Positions 28,527-38,155 of a DNA stretch of 64,000 bases are shown in pieces; position 1 is the stretch's first letter; the number at the start of each line of letters is the position of its first letter. The translations under genes were made by a program, and so were the position numbers. The notes under the pieces were generated by a model. That model saw only the letters and a list, made by a program, of their open reading frames with translations, was not told where the DNA came from and made no database searches. The DNA comes from an uncultured bacterium (GTDB lineage Bacteria > Abyssobacteria > SURF-5): the NCBI GenBank assembly GCA_964607485.1, contig CAZSKP010000010.1, positions 67,451-131,450 on the forward strand. Reading direction: 5' to 3'.

Positions 28527-29708
28527 TTATCGGCGGGCGTCGAGGAGGATTTTGCCTCCCGCCATTGAAAACACGACCTTTGAGTGTTCTGAAAACAGGG
28601 CATCGAGCGGCCCCCGGAACTCGTCGCATTGCTCTTCCGGCAGCGCAACGCCGACAAAGTCGGCTGCCCCCGCCTCGTGTGGAAACCCAAGCGCCCTCAG
28701 GCCGTTCGCGGTGGCCATCCGGAGGATGGCGGCGGGGTCGATTTCCGGGCGGTCATGCCGCAGGAACCTGATCTCGTCCAGCATGCTCAGCGTGGGGCTG
28801 CTGGTCAGGCTGTCGGTTCCGAGCGCGAAATTGATTCCGCGCTCGAGCATCTTCACAACAGGGTGCTCCCCGTGGCCGAAATACCGATGACTGCGCGGAC
28901 AGAACACGACGCTCGAATCGGACCGCGCGACGATATCAAGATCCTCCTCCTGCACGTAGTTGCAGTGAACGAGCGTGGCCGGCCGCTCGAAGAAACCGAG
29001 GCGCTCGAGATAGCGGACGGGCGAGTCCCCGGGCGGCTTCCATCCCGTCGGCAGGCCGAATTCTTTGCGAAACTCCAGTATCTCGCCCGTCCCGGCGCGG
29101 AGAAACTCCAGCTCGGCCTCCGTCTCGGCAAGGTGGATGCACATCCGCCAATCGTTCTCGTGCGCGAGCTCGATGCATTGCCTCAGCAGCCGTTCCGACA
29201 CGGTGTAGGGAGTATGCGGCGCTATCCCGATGTGAACGTTCTCGCCGGACGGATGGCCGTCGACGCGAGCCCGCAGACTTTCAAGGGTCCGGTCAGCGGT
29301 GTCGGGGTTGAAATCTATGACCTCGTGGAACAGGCGCACGCGCATGTCGCTTTCGGAATATCGCCGCGAGTCGCCCGCGCCCCGCGATATGTCGCCGATG
29401 CAAGTAGTGCCCGATTCGACGCTGCGCCCGATTCCGGCGAGAAGAGAAGAGTCGAAGTCGTCGTCGCTCCACTCGGCAGTCGTCCGCACGATTTCCCGAA
29501 TCCAATCCGTGAAGCGGCGCTGCGGTTGGACCTGCGATTGGGCGAGGCTGAGGTCCAGATGGGTGTGAGCGTTGATGAATCCCGGAAGCAATATGGAATG
29601 GCCGAGATCCACGACGTCCGCGCCCGCTCGTTTCCCTTCGACGACGACCTCGGCGTCCTCCGTGATACGGCCCGTTTCGTCGATGCGGTATTCGCTCCGC
29701 AGTATCAC
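28527..29708 (-). CDS. Metal-dependent amidohydrolase, nucleoside deaminase-like (MtaD / aminofutalosine deaminase type)
   Basis: PGFINAHTH, PHTPYT, HLAE-x-x-x-E, HCN, CPRS and GTDS motifs. Confidence 0.8.
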   Translation of the reverse strand: MILRSEYRIDETGRITEDAEVVVEGKRAGADVVDLGHSILLPGFINAHTHLDLSLAQSQVQPQRRFTDWIREIVRTTAEWSDDDFDSSLLAGIGRSVESGTTCIGDISRGAGDSRRYSESDMRVRLFHEVIDFNPDTADRTLESLRARVDGHPSGENVHIGIAPHTPYTVSERLLRQCIELAHENDWRMCIHLAETEAELEFLRAGTGEILEFRKEFGLPTGWKPPGDSPVRYLERLGFFERPATLVHCNYVQEEDLDIVARSDSSVVFCPRSHRYFGHGEHPVVKMLERGINFALGTDSLTSSPTLSMLDEIRFLRHDRPEIDPAAILRMATANGLRALGFPHEAGAADFVGVALPEEQCDEFRGPLDALFSEHSKVVFSMAGGKILLDARR

Positions 29709-30601
29709 GGCTTAATCCATTCGCGCCAGTCGTCGCCGATGTCGCCTCGCTCGCGGTAGCGCTGCATCGTCTGGCCGCACTTGCACTGGCGCTCTTTCCC
29801 CGCCGCGAGCTTCGACACCGCTTCGACGATTCTCGGGAAACTGCGCACGCTCGCCTCGACGGCCTCCCTCTCGCCCTCGTCTGCCAGCCCTTCAAACAGG
29901 ACTCCCGGCTGAAACTCCGCCTGCCTCACGCCCTCGGCATAGTTCGTCACGTAACACAGTGCGGCGCAGCACATCTCGAGTTCCTTGGCCAGGAACACCT
30001 CGGGCACGAGCGTCATGCCGACCAGATGCGCTCCGCAGAGCGAGAACTTGCGTATCTCGGCGGGCGTCTCCAGCCGGGGCCCCTCAGTGCAGACGTATGT
30101 GCCTCCAACGGCGAAATCGAGCTTCAGCCCGGAGAGCGCTTCCTCGAGCAACTTCCGCAGGTGGGGGCAAAACACGGGGTTCTGACGGATAAAGCCCAGC
30201 CCGCCGTGTTCAAAGAATGTGCCGGCCCTGCGCCGCGTCTCGTCTATCACGTCGTCGATTATGACGAACTGGCCTATCCTGTAGTCGGCGGTCATGGCCC
30301 CGGGGCCCGACCACGACACGATCCGCTCCACCCCGAGGTCCTTAAGCGCATAAATGTTCGCCCGATAATTCACGAACGACGCCGCGATGGAATAGCCGCC
30401 CTCGCCGTGCCGCGACAGGAACAGAAAGCTTTCGGAAGGCTTTTTCAACAGATAAACGGGCTGGCTCTTGCCGAAGGGGGTGTCTCGCTCGCCGATGCGT
30501 TCTTTCTCGGCATCGTCGGCGAGGAACCGGTAGGCCTGGCTCCCGCCGATGACCGCCAGCCGTGGGAGCGCCTCCTTGCGAGCTTTCTTATTCGACTTCA
30601 T
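29705..30601 (-). CDS. MTAP-family purine nucleoside phosphorylase (probably 6-oxopurine / methylthioinosine specific)
   Basis: IGGS, RHG, NYRANIYALK, EGPRLETPAE, VGMT and VTNYAEG motifs. Confidence 0.85.
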   Translation of the reverse strand: MKSNKKARKEALPRLAVIGGSQAYRFLADDAEKERIGERDTPFGKSQPVYLLKKPSESFLFLSRHGEGGYSIAASFVNYRANIYALKDLGVERIVSWSGPGAMTADYRIGQFVIIDDVIDETRRRAGTFFEHGGLGFIRQNPVFCPHLRKLLEEALSGLKLDFAVGGTYVCTEGPRLETPAEIRKFSLCGAHLVGMTLVPEVFLAKELEMCCAALCYVTNYAEGVRQAEFQPGVLFEGLADEGEREAVEASVRSFPRIVEAVSKLAAGKERQCKCGQTMQRYRERGDIGDDWREWIKP

Positions 30602-30734
30602 CTGTCCTCATAAGCAAAACGTCAGAGGTCCGGGATTATCAAGAACTACAGCGCCAAAAAGCACCTGCCCAGCTTCGCGAATCAGTATAGCACAACTCGG
30701 AATCGCATGAGAAGTTGCCGGTCACGGGCGAGGT

Positions 30735-30763
30735 TTGCAAAATTTTTGGCCGCATGCTATAAT
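30735..30763 (+). promoter_or_regulatory. sigma70 promoter of the rpmE operon
   Basis: TTGCAA (30735-40), N17, TATAAT (30758-63) with an extended TG. Confidence 0.7.
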
Positions 30764-30815
30764 GTGTCCGGCAAGGCGGCGTCGGCCGCCACCTTTCATT
30801 ATGGAGGTGAAACAC

Positions 30816-31019
30816 TTGAAGAAGGACATTCATCCGGAATACTACGATATCACCATAACCTGCGCATGCGGCAACAAGATAGAGACGCGCTCCACGAAGA
30901 AGGAGATAGCCGTGGATATCTGTTCCAATTGTCATCCGTTCTTCACCGGCAAGCAGAAGCTGGTTGACAGCGAGGGACGTGTCCAGAGATTCCGCCGCAG
31001 ATACAACATTAAAGATTAG
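30816..31019 (+). CDS. rpmE: 50S ribosomal protein L31 (Zn-binding C+ type)
   Basis: KKDIHPEY...CACG...[23 protein letters not shown]. TTG start follows GGAGGTG. Confidence 0.97.
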   Translation: MKKDIHPEYYDITITCACGNKIETRSTKKEIAVDICSNCHPFFTGKQKLVDSEGRVQRFRRRYNIKD

Positions 31020-31088
31020 CGTACAATTTGGCCGGGCTGTTCGCGGGAAGGATCGAGCTGCTTGGCCAATTTTCTTTTGTGAGGAACG

Positions 31089-31778
31089 ATGCAAGTGACT
31101 GCAACGGTTAAGCTTCTGCGCTATACGAGCGAGCCCGAGCGCACGGTCGCGCTCGCCGCGAAGCTCTGCTACTCGCCGGTCGGGGTCGAAAAGCTTTCAG
31201 AACGGATCGACGGGGAGGAATGCGAGCGATTCGTCAAGCGCCTGCTGGAGATGGGCCACCTCTCCCCGTTCGAGCACGCCAGCTTCACGTTCGGGGTGGA
31301 GGGGATCTCGCGCGTGACGAGCCACCAGTTGGTCCGCCACCGCCTTGCGTCCTACTCGCAACAGAGCCAGAGATACGTGAAAAAGACGGGCGGGTTCGAG
31401 CACATCATTCCCCCGTCGATCAAAAAGAAGAAGGCGTTGAGCTTGCGCTTCAAGAGCGTGATGGACGAGCTTCAGGCCGCATACCGCGAGTTCGTCGAGG
31501 GGGGCGTGCCCGCCGAGGATGCCCGCTACGTTCTGCCCGGCGCGGCCGAGACGAAGCTTGTAGTCACCATGAATGCGCGTGAGCTGCGCCACTTCTTCCG
31601 CCAGCGCTGCTGCACCCGCGCCCAGTGGGAGATACGGAACATGGCCGAACTGATGCTCGAAAGGGTGAAGGAAGTCGCACCGACTTTGTTCGCCGACAGC
31701 GGGCCGCCGTGCGTCGAGGGCATCTGCCCCGAGGGCGAGATGAGCTGCGGCCGCGTGAAGAAGGCGAAAAAGGCATGA
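31089..31778 (+). CDS. thyX: FAD-dependent thymidylate synthase ThyX
   Basis: [22 protein letters not shown] (RHR-x7-S), EDARY, MNAREL and AQWEIR. Confidence 0.96.
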   Translation: MQVTATVKLLRYTSEPERTVALAAKLCYSPVGVEKLSERIDGEECERFVKRLLEMGHLSPFEHASFTFGVEGISRVTSHQLVRHRLASYSQQSQRYVKKTGGFEHIIPPSIKKKKALSLRFKSVMDELQAAYREFVEGGVPAEDARYVLPGAAETKLVVTMNARELRHFFRQRCCTRAQWEIRNMAELMLERVKEVAPTLFADSGPPCVEGICPEGEMSCGRVKKAKKA

Positions 31779-31796
31779 TGTGGAGATAACCTTGTA

Positions 31797-32864
31797 ATGG
31801 TCCTGGATAAATTGCGGAAAATGGAAGAACGGTACGATGAGCTGAACCGGCTCATGAGCGACCCTTCCGTGGTCGGCAATCCCGAAATATACCAAAAATA
31901 CGCTGAAGAACACGCCGACCTCTCGACGCTCGTCGAAAAGGCGCGCGTCTATCGCAAGCTGGTCGAAGACCGTGAGGCGGCCGAGGAAATCCTGCTCAAT
32001 GAGACCGACGAGGACCTTCGCAAGCTCGCGAGAGAGGAAAAAGCGCAGGCGGAGGAACAGCTCGACGAACTTGAAGCCGAGCTCAAGCTCCTGCTCGCGC
32101 CCCGGGATGAGCGCGACACGAAGGATGTCATCATGGAAATCCGCGCCGCCACCGGAGGCGAGGAGGCCGCCCTGTTTGCGGCCGCCCTGTTTCGCATGTA
32201 TACCCGCTTTGCCGACGCGAGGCGCTGGCGCTACGAGGTCCTGAACAGCAGCCCGACCGGCATCGGCGGGCTCAAGGAAGTCATATTCTCGATATCGGGA
32301 AAAGAGGCGTTCGGCGCGCTCAAGTATGAGAGCGGCGTCCACAGGGTCCAACGCGTGCCCGTGACAGAAGCCAGCGGGAGGATTCATACCTCGACGGTGA
32401 CCGTCGCAGTTCTGCCCGAAGCGGAGGAGGTCGAGGTTTCCGTCGATCCGAAAGACCTGAAGATAGATGTCTTCCGGTCGTCCGGGCCGGGCGGCCAGAG
32501 CGTCAACACGACCGACTCGGCGGTGCGAATCACTTACCTGCCCACCGGCATGGTGGTGACCTGCCAGGACGAAAAATCTCAGCACAAGAACAAGGCGCGC
32601 GCTCTTCGCGTGCTCCGCTCGCGGTTGTTGGATGAGAAGCAGCGGCAACAGGCGCGGGAGATCTCGGCCACCCGCCGCAGCCAGGTGGGCACGGGCGAAC
32701 GCAGCGAACGGATTCGCACTTACAATTTTCCTCAGAACCGGGTGACCGACCACCGCATCGGCCTGACATTGCACAAGCTCGAAGCGATACTTGACGGCGG
32801 ACTGGATGAGCTCATCGGTGAACTGCGGCTGGCCGAGCAAGAGGAAAAGATGAAGGCGATATAA
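31797..32864 (+). CDS. prfA: Peptide chain release factor 1
   Basis: GGQ motif (SGPGGQSVN), the RF1 PxT tripeptide (RVPVTE) and RTYNFPQ. Confidence 0.97.
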   Translation: MVLDKLRKMEERYDELNRLMSDPSVVGNPEIYQKYAEEHADLSTLVEKARVYRKLVEDREAAEEILLNETDEDLRKLAREEKAQAEEQLDELEAELKLLLAPRDERDTKDVIMEIRAATGGEEAALFAAALFRMYTRFADARRWRYEVLNSSPTGIGGLKEVIFSISGKEAFGALKYESGVHRVQRVPVTEASGRIHTSTVTVAVLPEAEEVEVSVDPKDLKIDVFRSSGPGGQSVNTTDSAVRITYLPTGMVVTCQDEKSQHKNKARALRVLRSRLLDEKQRQQAREISATRRSQVGTGERSERIRTYNFPQNRVTDHRIGLTLHKLEAILDGGLDELIGELRLAEQEEKMKAI

Positions 32865-32866
32865 AG

Positions 32867-33775
32867 GTGGACGCCGGCGTCAGACCTTCCGAAAACGCGC
32901 TCGCCGCGAGAATCATCGATGCACTCCTCCAAGCCGAACGCTCCCTCCGCAACTCCGGCGTGACAGACACGCCTCGACTCGAGGCCGAGGTGCTGCTCGC
33001 TGATCTTCTGTACATCGACCGCGCTCGCCTGATAGCGTCGTATTCCGACCAACTGAGCGAGCCTATGCGGGCGGAATATCTCGCCCGCATCGCACGGCGC
33101 GCGCGGGGCGAACCCATCGCGTACATCACCGGCACGAAGGAATTCATGGGGTTCGCCTTCCGGGTCGACCGCCGCGCGCTCATTCCGCGTCCGGAGACCG
33201 AGGCCCTCGTCGAGCGCGCGGTCGAGATGGTCCATACGGGTGAGTGCAAAGCCGACTGCATCCTTGATATAGGCACAGGATGCGGATGCCTCGCCGCCTC
33301 AATCGCGCTGCTTCTGCCCAACAGTACGATTCATGCCACCGACATCTCCGAGGGCGCGGTCGTCCTCGCCAGAGAAAACGCCGAACGGCTCGGCGTCGGC
33401 GACAAGATAGGTTTTCACGTCGGCGACGTCTATTCGCCGCTACCGGAATTTCTCAAGAACTCATTCGACCTCATCGTTTCGAACCCGCCGTATGTTTCGG
33501 ACGCCGAATACCGGTCTCTCGACAAATGCATCAGTGAATTCGAGCCTCCCGAAGCGCTCAGAGGCGGTGCTGACGGCCTGGACGTATTTCGCCGGGTCGC
33601 CGCGGGAGCTGGCAATTATCTCACGCCCGGCGGGGTATTGGCGATCGAAATCGGTGAAAACCAGGCGCAGGCGGCCGCCGGAATTTTCGAGCGAACTGAG
33701 GGGCTCTCGGCGGCAGAAATCGTCCGTGACCTCACAGGCAAACAGAGGGTCATCATAGGCCGGAGAACAGAATGA
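32867..33775 (+). CDS. prmC: Release factor glutamine methyltransferase PrmC/HemK
   Basis: GEPIAYI, LIPRPETE, DIGTG-x-G and SNPPY. It directly follows prfA. Confidence 0.95.
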   Translation: MDAGVRPSENALAARIIDALLQAERSLRNSGVTDTPRLEAEVLLADLLYIDRARLIASYSDQLSEPMRAEYLARIARRARGEPIAYITGTKEFMGFAFRVDRRALIPRPETEALVERAVEMVHTGECKADCILDIGTGCGCLAASIALLLPNSTIHATDISEGAVVLARENAERLGVGDKIGFHVGDVYSPLPEFLKNSFDLIVSNPPYVSDAEYRSLDKCISEFEPPEALRGGADGLDVFRRVAAGAGNYLTPGGVLAIEIGENQAQAAAGIFERTEGLSAAEIVRDLTGKQRVIIGRRTE

Positions 33776-34467
33776 GCGAAAAGCACAAGACTCCGTTGAT
33801 ACGGGAGATGCCCACGAGCGAGCGTCCCCGCGAGCGGCTGGCCAGGCGCGGCGCCTCGTCGCTCAAGACTTCCGAGCTCCTGGCAATTCTCTTCAGGACG
33901 GGGGCGCAAAACATGAATGCGGTCGAGCTAGCGGAGAAGATGCTGGGCAAGTTCGGCTCGCTTACAGCGCTGTCGCGGGCAACCACCGATGAGCTCAGGT
34001 CGTTCGAGGGAGTGGGATTCGCCAAGGCCGTCGAGATACAGGCCGCCTTCGAGCTTGGCCGAAGGCTGGCTGGCGAGGAAAGTCTCACGCGCCCGGTGAT
34101 AAAGTCGGCGAAGGATGTCGCCCGCCTGATGATGCCCGAGATGCAGTCGCTCGACAGGGAACATTTCAAGATTCTCCTGCTCAACACGAAGAACCACGTT
34201 ATCCAGGTCCATACCGTCTCGATAGGCTCGCTCGACGCGAGCGTCGTGCATCCGCGCGAATGTTTCCGTCCGGCCATTGCAGCGCAGGCCGCCTCAGTCA
34301 TCCTCGTTCACAACCATCCCAGCGGCGATGTCGAGCCAAGCCGCGAGGATCTGAGCCTCACCCGCAGGTTGATGGCGGCGGGGGATGTGCTTGGCATAAA
34401 AGTGCTCGACCATGTTATAATAGCAGGAAACAGGCACATAAGCCTTGTGGATAAGGGAGTGAAGTAA
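33772..34467 (+). CDS. radC: RadC-family JAB-domain protein
   Basis: ERPRERL, ELLAIL, an HhH segment, VHPRE, HNHPSGD and LDH. Confidence 0.95.
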   Translation: MSEKHKTPLIREMPTSERPRERLARRGASSLKTSELLAILFRTGAQNMNAVELAEKMLGKFGSLTALSRATTDELRSFEGVGFAKAVEIQAAFELGRRLAGEESLTRPVIKSAKDVARLMMPEMQSLDREHFKILLLNTKNHVIQVHTVSIGSLDASVVHPRECFRPAIAAQAASVILVHNHPSGDVEPSREDLSLTRRLMAAGDVLGIKVLDHVIIAGNRHISLVDKGVK

Positions 34468-34468
34468 G

Positions 34469-35119
34469 ATTCGTATTCCCGTTGCGAAGGACGGCCTGAA
34501 GATGGCGGCCATATGCGCCGTGGTCGCCGCGGTGGGGGGCATGGTTCATGTGGCCGTCACGATGCTCGGAATAGCCGGAGCGCTTTTCGCCCTGTATTTC
34601 TTCCGTGACCCCGAGCGAAAGATCGCGGCCGAGCCCGGCCAGATAGTCGCGCCCGCCGACGGGAAGGTGCTCTCAATCGACGAGGTGGAGGAGCGGGAGT
34701 TCCTCGGCAGACGCTGCAAGAGGATCAGCATCTTCCTTTCGATTTTCGACGTGCACATAAACAGGGCGCCCGTTGGGGGCCGAGTCGAGTTGGTGCATCA
34801 TACCCCCGGGAAATTCGCCTTTGCACACACCGTCGGCGCCTCGCTGAACAACGAGAGCAACATCATCGGCATCGAGGGAGATGATGTCAAGGTCGCGATG
34901 AAGCAGATCGCCGGCGCGGTCGCGCGCAGGATCGTCTGTTACTGCAAGCCTGAGCAAGTGGTCCATGCGGGAGACCGGGTGGGAATGATACGGTTTGGGT
35001 CGAGGACGGAGCTTTATCTGCCGGTGGAATGTGACGTGCTCGTATCGGCGGGCCAGAGGGTGAAGGGAGGCGTCAGCCTCGTGGGGGCGTACAATGCGAC
35101 GACCGAGAAAAAGGCGTAA
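34469..35119 (+). CDS. psd: Phosphatidylserine decarboxylase proenzyme (short type)
   Basis: FFRDPER, APADG, IFLS-x-FDVH-x-NR and the cleavage motif RFGSR. The first ATG is at 34502, but the frame extends to an ATT at 34469 (see findings). Confidence 0.92.
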   Translation: MRIPVAKDGLKMAAICAVVAAVGGMVHVAVTMLGIAGALFALYFFRDPERKIAAEPGQIVAPADGKVLSIDEVEEREFLGRRCKRISIFLSIFDVHINRAPVGGRVELVHHTPGKFAFAHTVGASLNNESNIIGIEGDDVKVAMKQIAGAVARRIVCYCKPEQVVHAGDRVGMIRFGSRTELYLPVECDVLVSAGQRVKGGVSLVGAYNATTEKKA

Positions 35120-35840
35120 GTATGTAAACATACTCCCCAGCCTGCTCACCATCGGCAATATGTACTGCGGGCTGCTTTCGATCGTTTACACCATCAACGG
35201 CGAATTTGAGCTCGCCGCCTGGATGATATTGCTCGCGCTCCTGTTCGACGGAAGCGACGGTCACATCGCCCGGATCACGAAGAGCACGAGCGCCTTCGGA
35301 AAAGAGCTGGATTCGCTCGCCGATGTGATAACCTTCGGCGTCGCGCCGGCCGTTCTCGTGTACAGGAGCATCTTGTACAACTTTCAGCACATCGGAATTT
35401 TTCTGGTTACCGTGTACGCTATCACGGGCGGGCTCAGGCTCGCTCGTTACAATACCCAGAGCGGCCCGAACGTGAAATCGTTCACTGGATTGCCGATACC
35501 GGGCGCGGGCTGTCTCATCGCCACGTTCGTTCTGTTGAAGACCAAGTACGACCATCCGTTCCTTTACAATTATCTGGCATTGTTCGTCGTGTTGCTGGCG
35601 TTCCTCATGGTGAGCACGATAACGTATCCCAAGCGCGAGCTTTTCCTCGTGCGCCGAAATCGCGCGTTCCAGTACACGTTCATACTGATACTCCTCTTCA
35701 GTCTCATCAAGCTGAGGCCCACTCTGTTCCTCTTTATGATTTTTCTCGCGTACGTAACGATCGGGCCGCTCAACTACCTGACCAAGAGCCGGCTGTATGG
35801 GGAGCCGGCGCCACGGGAACGGGAGGAAGCGGTGACGTAG
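35094..35840 (+). CDS. pssA: CDP-diacylglycerol--serine O-phosphatidyltransferase
   Basis: LPSLLT, D-x-x-DG-x-x-AR...G-x-ELDSLAD, RLARYN and F-x-GLP-x-P. Confidence 0.95.
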   Translation: MRRPRKRRKYVNILPSLLTIGNMYCGLLSIVYTINGEFELAAWMILLALLFDGSDGHIARITKSTSAFGKELDSLADVITFGVAPAVLVYRSILYNFQHIGIFLVTVYAITGGLRLARYNTQSGPNVKSFTGLPIPGAGCLIATFVLLKTKYDHPFLYNYLALFVVLLAFLMVSTITYPKRELFLVRRNRAFQYTFILILLFSLIKLRPTLFLFMIFLAYVTIGPLNYLTKSRLYGEPAPREREEAVT

Positions 35841-35998
35841 CTCGCTGCCGCTTGACCCGGACGCGCGAAATCTTTCCCCACCTTTCGATCTCAGCGGGAT
35901 TCGCTCCTTGCAGGCGCAGCGCAGCGATTGACCACTGAAGCGCGAAGCGAAACGGGCCGGACCGGGAAGAACGGTCTTTGGCCGGCAAGAGACGATAT

Positions 35999-36898
35999 AT
36001 GGCTCACAACCTTTCCGGGCTCGAGAAGCATTTTCACCGGATAGCACGCCAGCTGACCCGGTTCGACCTCCAGAAGCTGGGTCCTTCAGAAGAGAAACCG
36101 GTATCGACCGATGATGTCGTCGCCGATCTCGAAAACCACTCCGGCACGTCGCTGTTCATGGGATACTATACCCGTTCCGGGTTGATGGAAGTTCTGGAGA
36201 GATACGGCATCACGAGGCTTCTGAACGACAAGGGATTCTCCAACCTCTGCCTGCATGTGCAAACCGATACCCCGTTCCGCCATTGCCTTCAAGTGTACTG
36301 GGGAACCGAGCCGGACCCGGACAGGCTTCTGATGGAAATCGTGCTGCACGAAGGAGTGGTCGTTCCAAGGGGCGAGCATGGCGGCGCTCCCTACGATGTG
36401 GCATTCGTCGAATGGCTCTGCCTTGAGAATCCAATGGCCGAGTTCCAGCCCACGCGGCCGCGCCTTCCTGGCCAGCAGAGGCCGGGTCTAGGCATCGCTA
36501 TGGAAGTGGCGGAACTTCTGGTGATAATGGCGGAACGCCTGAAGAAGGACGGCCTGGTCAATATCCCCCGTTACTACCACACCGCATGGGGCGGGCGGCG
36601 CGTCGGATTCCTGTTCTTCGAGCCCGAGACTGAGGGTGTTGTGAGGGCGCTCGAACGAGACTTCGGCGGACATTCCCTCGCCGAGGCAACTTGGGCCATG
36701 GAGCTGGGGTTGGTCAGTCGAGAAGGAAGCTCCGGGCCGTTCCTGTGGACCGGAGAAGAGCAAATGTTGGCGACATCCGACAGAACGAAGCGATACTTCG
36801 CTTCCAAGGATTACAGTGACAGGTGTCTGCACGCCGAGCGTTCCACAAGGTTTGTGGTCAAGTGGGAAGCATATGAGCGTTCGCGCATCGATAGTTAG
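35999..36898 (+). CDS. Conserved hypothetical protein with an RPRLPGQ-x-x-PGLG motif
   Basis: Long ORF with motif-like segments (EWLCLENP, RPRLPGQQRPGLG, DGL-x-x-x-P-x-YYH). By recall it resembles the C-terminal domain of some myxobacterial deacetylase-family proteins. Confidence 0.6.
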   Translation: MAHNLSGLEKHFHRIARQLTRFDLQKLGPSEEKPVSTDDVVADLENHSGTSLFMGYYTRSGLMEVLERYGITRLLNDKGFSNLCLHVQTDTPFRHCLQVYWGTEPDPDRLLMEIVLHEGVVVPRGEHGGAPYDVAFVEWLCLENPMAEFQPTRPRLPGQQRPGLGIAMEVAELLVIMAERLKKDGLVNIPRYYHTAWGGRRVGFLFFEPETEGVVRALERDFGGHSLAEATWAMELGLVSREGSSGPFLWTGEEQMLATSDRTKRYFASKDYSDRCLHAERSTRFVVKWEAYERSRIDS

Positions 36899-37009
36899 GA
36901 CCGCGCATTGCCGGCCTGAGTGTCCGACTGGGGCCGCCTTTTCCATGACCATCGAGAGAACGGAGATGAGAAGGCTCAATGTTTCCACACAGAGAGATGG
37001 AGGATGACG

Positions 37010-38146
37010 ATGCATAAGAGTTCACGTCCGGTCGTATTCCTCTTGGTCGCCGCGATATTCTGTGGGCTGACGATTCAACGATGCGCGTCAACCACGTCGG
37101 CTTCAGCAACACCGAGGCCCGAGGCGGTTCCATTGTTTGCAGGTCGTGAACCTACAGTGCTCGTCTGCCCCATCGATTGCGTAACGAGCGAAGAGGAATT
37201 CGCAAACCTCGCTCTCACCCTCGCCCCTCTCATTCGACGCGACCTCTTCTGCGTCCAAGAGATCGGCGTGATACCGACCGCAGACACGTACATTCCCATC
37301 AAGGCGTTCTTCCTGACGGGAAATGGTCTGAGGAAGCTTGCCGCAGCGCACGGCGCCGACGTGGTGGTTGTGGGAATTCTCCGGGGGAGCGGGGACAATG
37401 TCTCGATCGAGCTCGGAGCATACGACGTCACGACTGATTACTTTATGCTCAGGACCAAGGCCGAGGGCAAGAAATCCGAAATATTCAAACTCCAGAGACA
37501 GCTGGTGTACCAGTTGATAAATTCGCTGGAAATCAGCCTGAGCAAGGAGGAGCGCAAGCGAATCAAGTCCAGCAGTCCGAAGAAGCTCAAGGCCGCCGAT
37601 GAGTTTGGCCGCGGATTGAAAGACGAACAAAAGGACAAGTACACGGATGCTCTCATTGCGTACGACAACGCGGTCACGACAGACAGACAGCTCGCGGCCC
37701 CATACGCCGCCGAGGCGAGAATCTACGACAAATACAACGCGCCCCTGAGGGCGATGCAATCATACGAGAACGCCGTGGCGAGAGACAAGTTCTTCGCCGA
37801 AGCATGGTACGAGTTGAATCTGTACGCGTCGCAGTATAGGGAGAACGATGCCCTGGCGTTGGAATACAGCAAGAAGGCGGTCGAGATTGCGCCCCGCTTC
37901 GGCAAGGCGCGCCTGAGCCTGGGCACACGCCTCCACGACCTCGGCCACCTGAGCGAGGCCATCGAGGAGACTAAGGACGCCGCATCGCTCCTGCCGACAC
38001 AGCCCCTGCCACGTTACAACCTCGGTCTCTACTACCTCGAGGCCGGAAACCGCGACGAGGCGCGCGCGTGGTTCGAGCGCGCGCTCAAGCTCGACCCGGA
38101 CTACGAGCGCGCCCGAATCGAACTGCAGAAGCTGGGGGGCGGATAA
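37010..38146 (+). CDS. Secreted or lipoprotein TPR protein with a TolB-N-like domain
   Basis: Hydrophobic N-terminus followed by Cys, a GAD-x-VV-x-G segment, and C-terminal TPRs (YNLG...ALKLDP). SD GGAGG precedes ATG 37010. Confidence 0.65.
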   Translation: MHKSSRPVVFLLVAAIFCGLTIQRCASTTSASATPRPEAVPLFAGREPTVLVCPIDCVTSEEEFANLALTLAPLIRRDLFCVQEIGVIPTADTYIPIKAFFLTGNGLRKLAAAHGADVVVVGILRGSGDNVSIELGAYDVTTDYFMLRTKAEGKKSEIFKLQRQLVYQLINSLEISLSKEERKRIKSSSPKKLKAADEFGRGLKDEQKDKYTDALIAYDNAVTTDRQLAAPYAAEARIYDKYNAPLRAMQSYENAVARDKFFAEAWYELNLYASQYRENDALALEYSKKAVEIAPRFGKARLSLGTRLHDLGHLSEAIEETKDAASLLPTQPLPRYNLGLYYLEAGNRDEARAWFERALKLDPDYERARIELQKLGGG

Positions 38147-38155
38147 ACGGGGGTA

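Noticed and set aside
31197-32840. Long antisense ORFs (547 aa here; also 54506-56200, 46960-48312, 44919-46268, 13865-15163, 4678-5892 and others)
   Set aside because: They are shadows of well-conserved genes in GC-rich DNA, with no recognisable motifs.
34446-34454. Perfect DnaA box TGTGGATAA at the end of radC
   Set aside because: A single copy inside coding sequence (L-V-D-K), which is compatible with chance.
33772-34467. radC as a marker of a mobile or anti-restriction element
   Set aside because: It is the full-length chromosomal form with HhH, embedded in a housekeeping operon. No integrase or att sites were seen.
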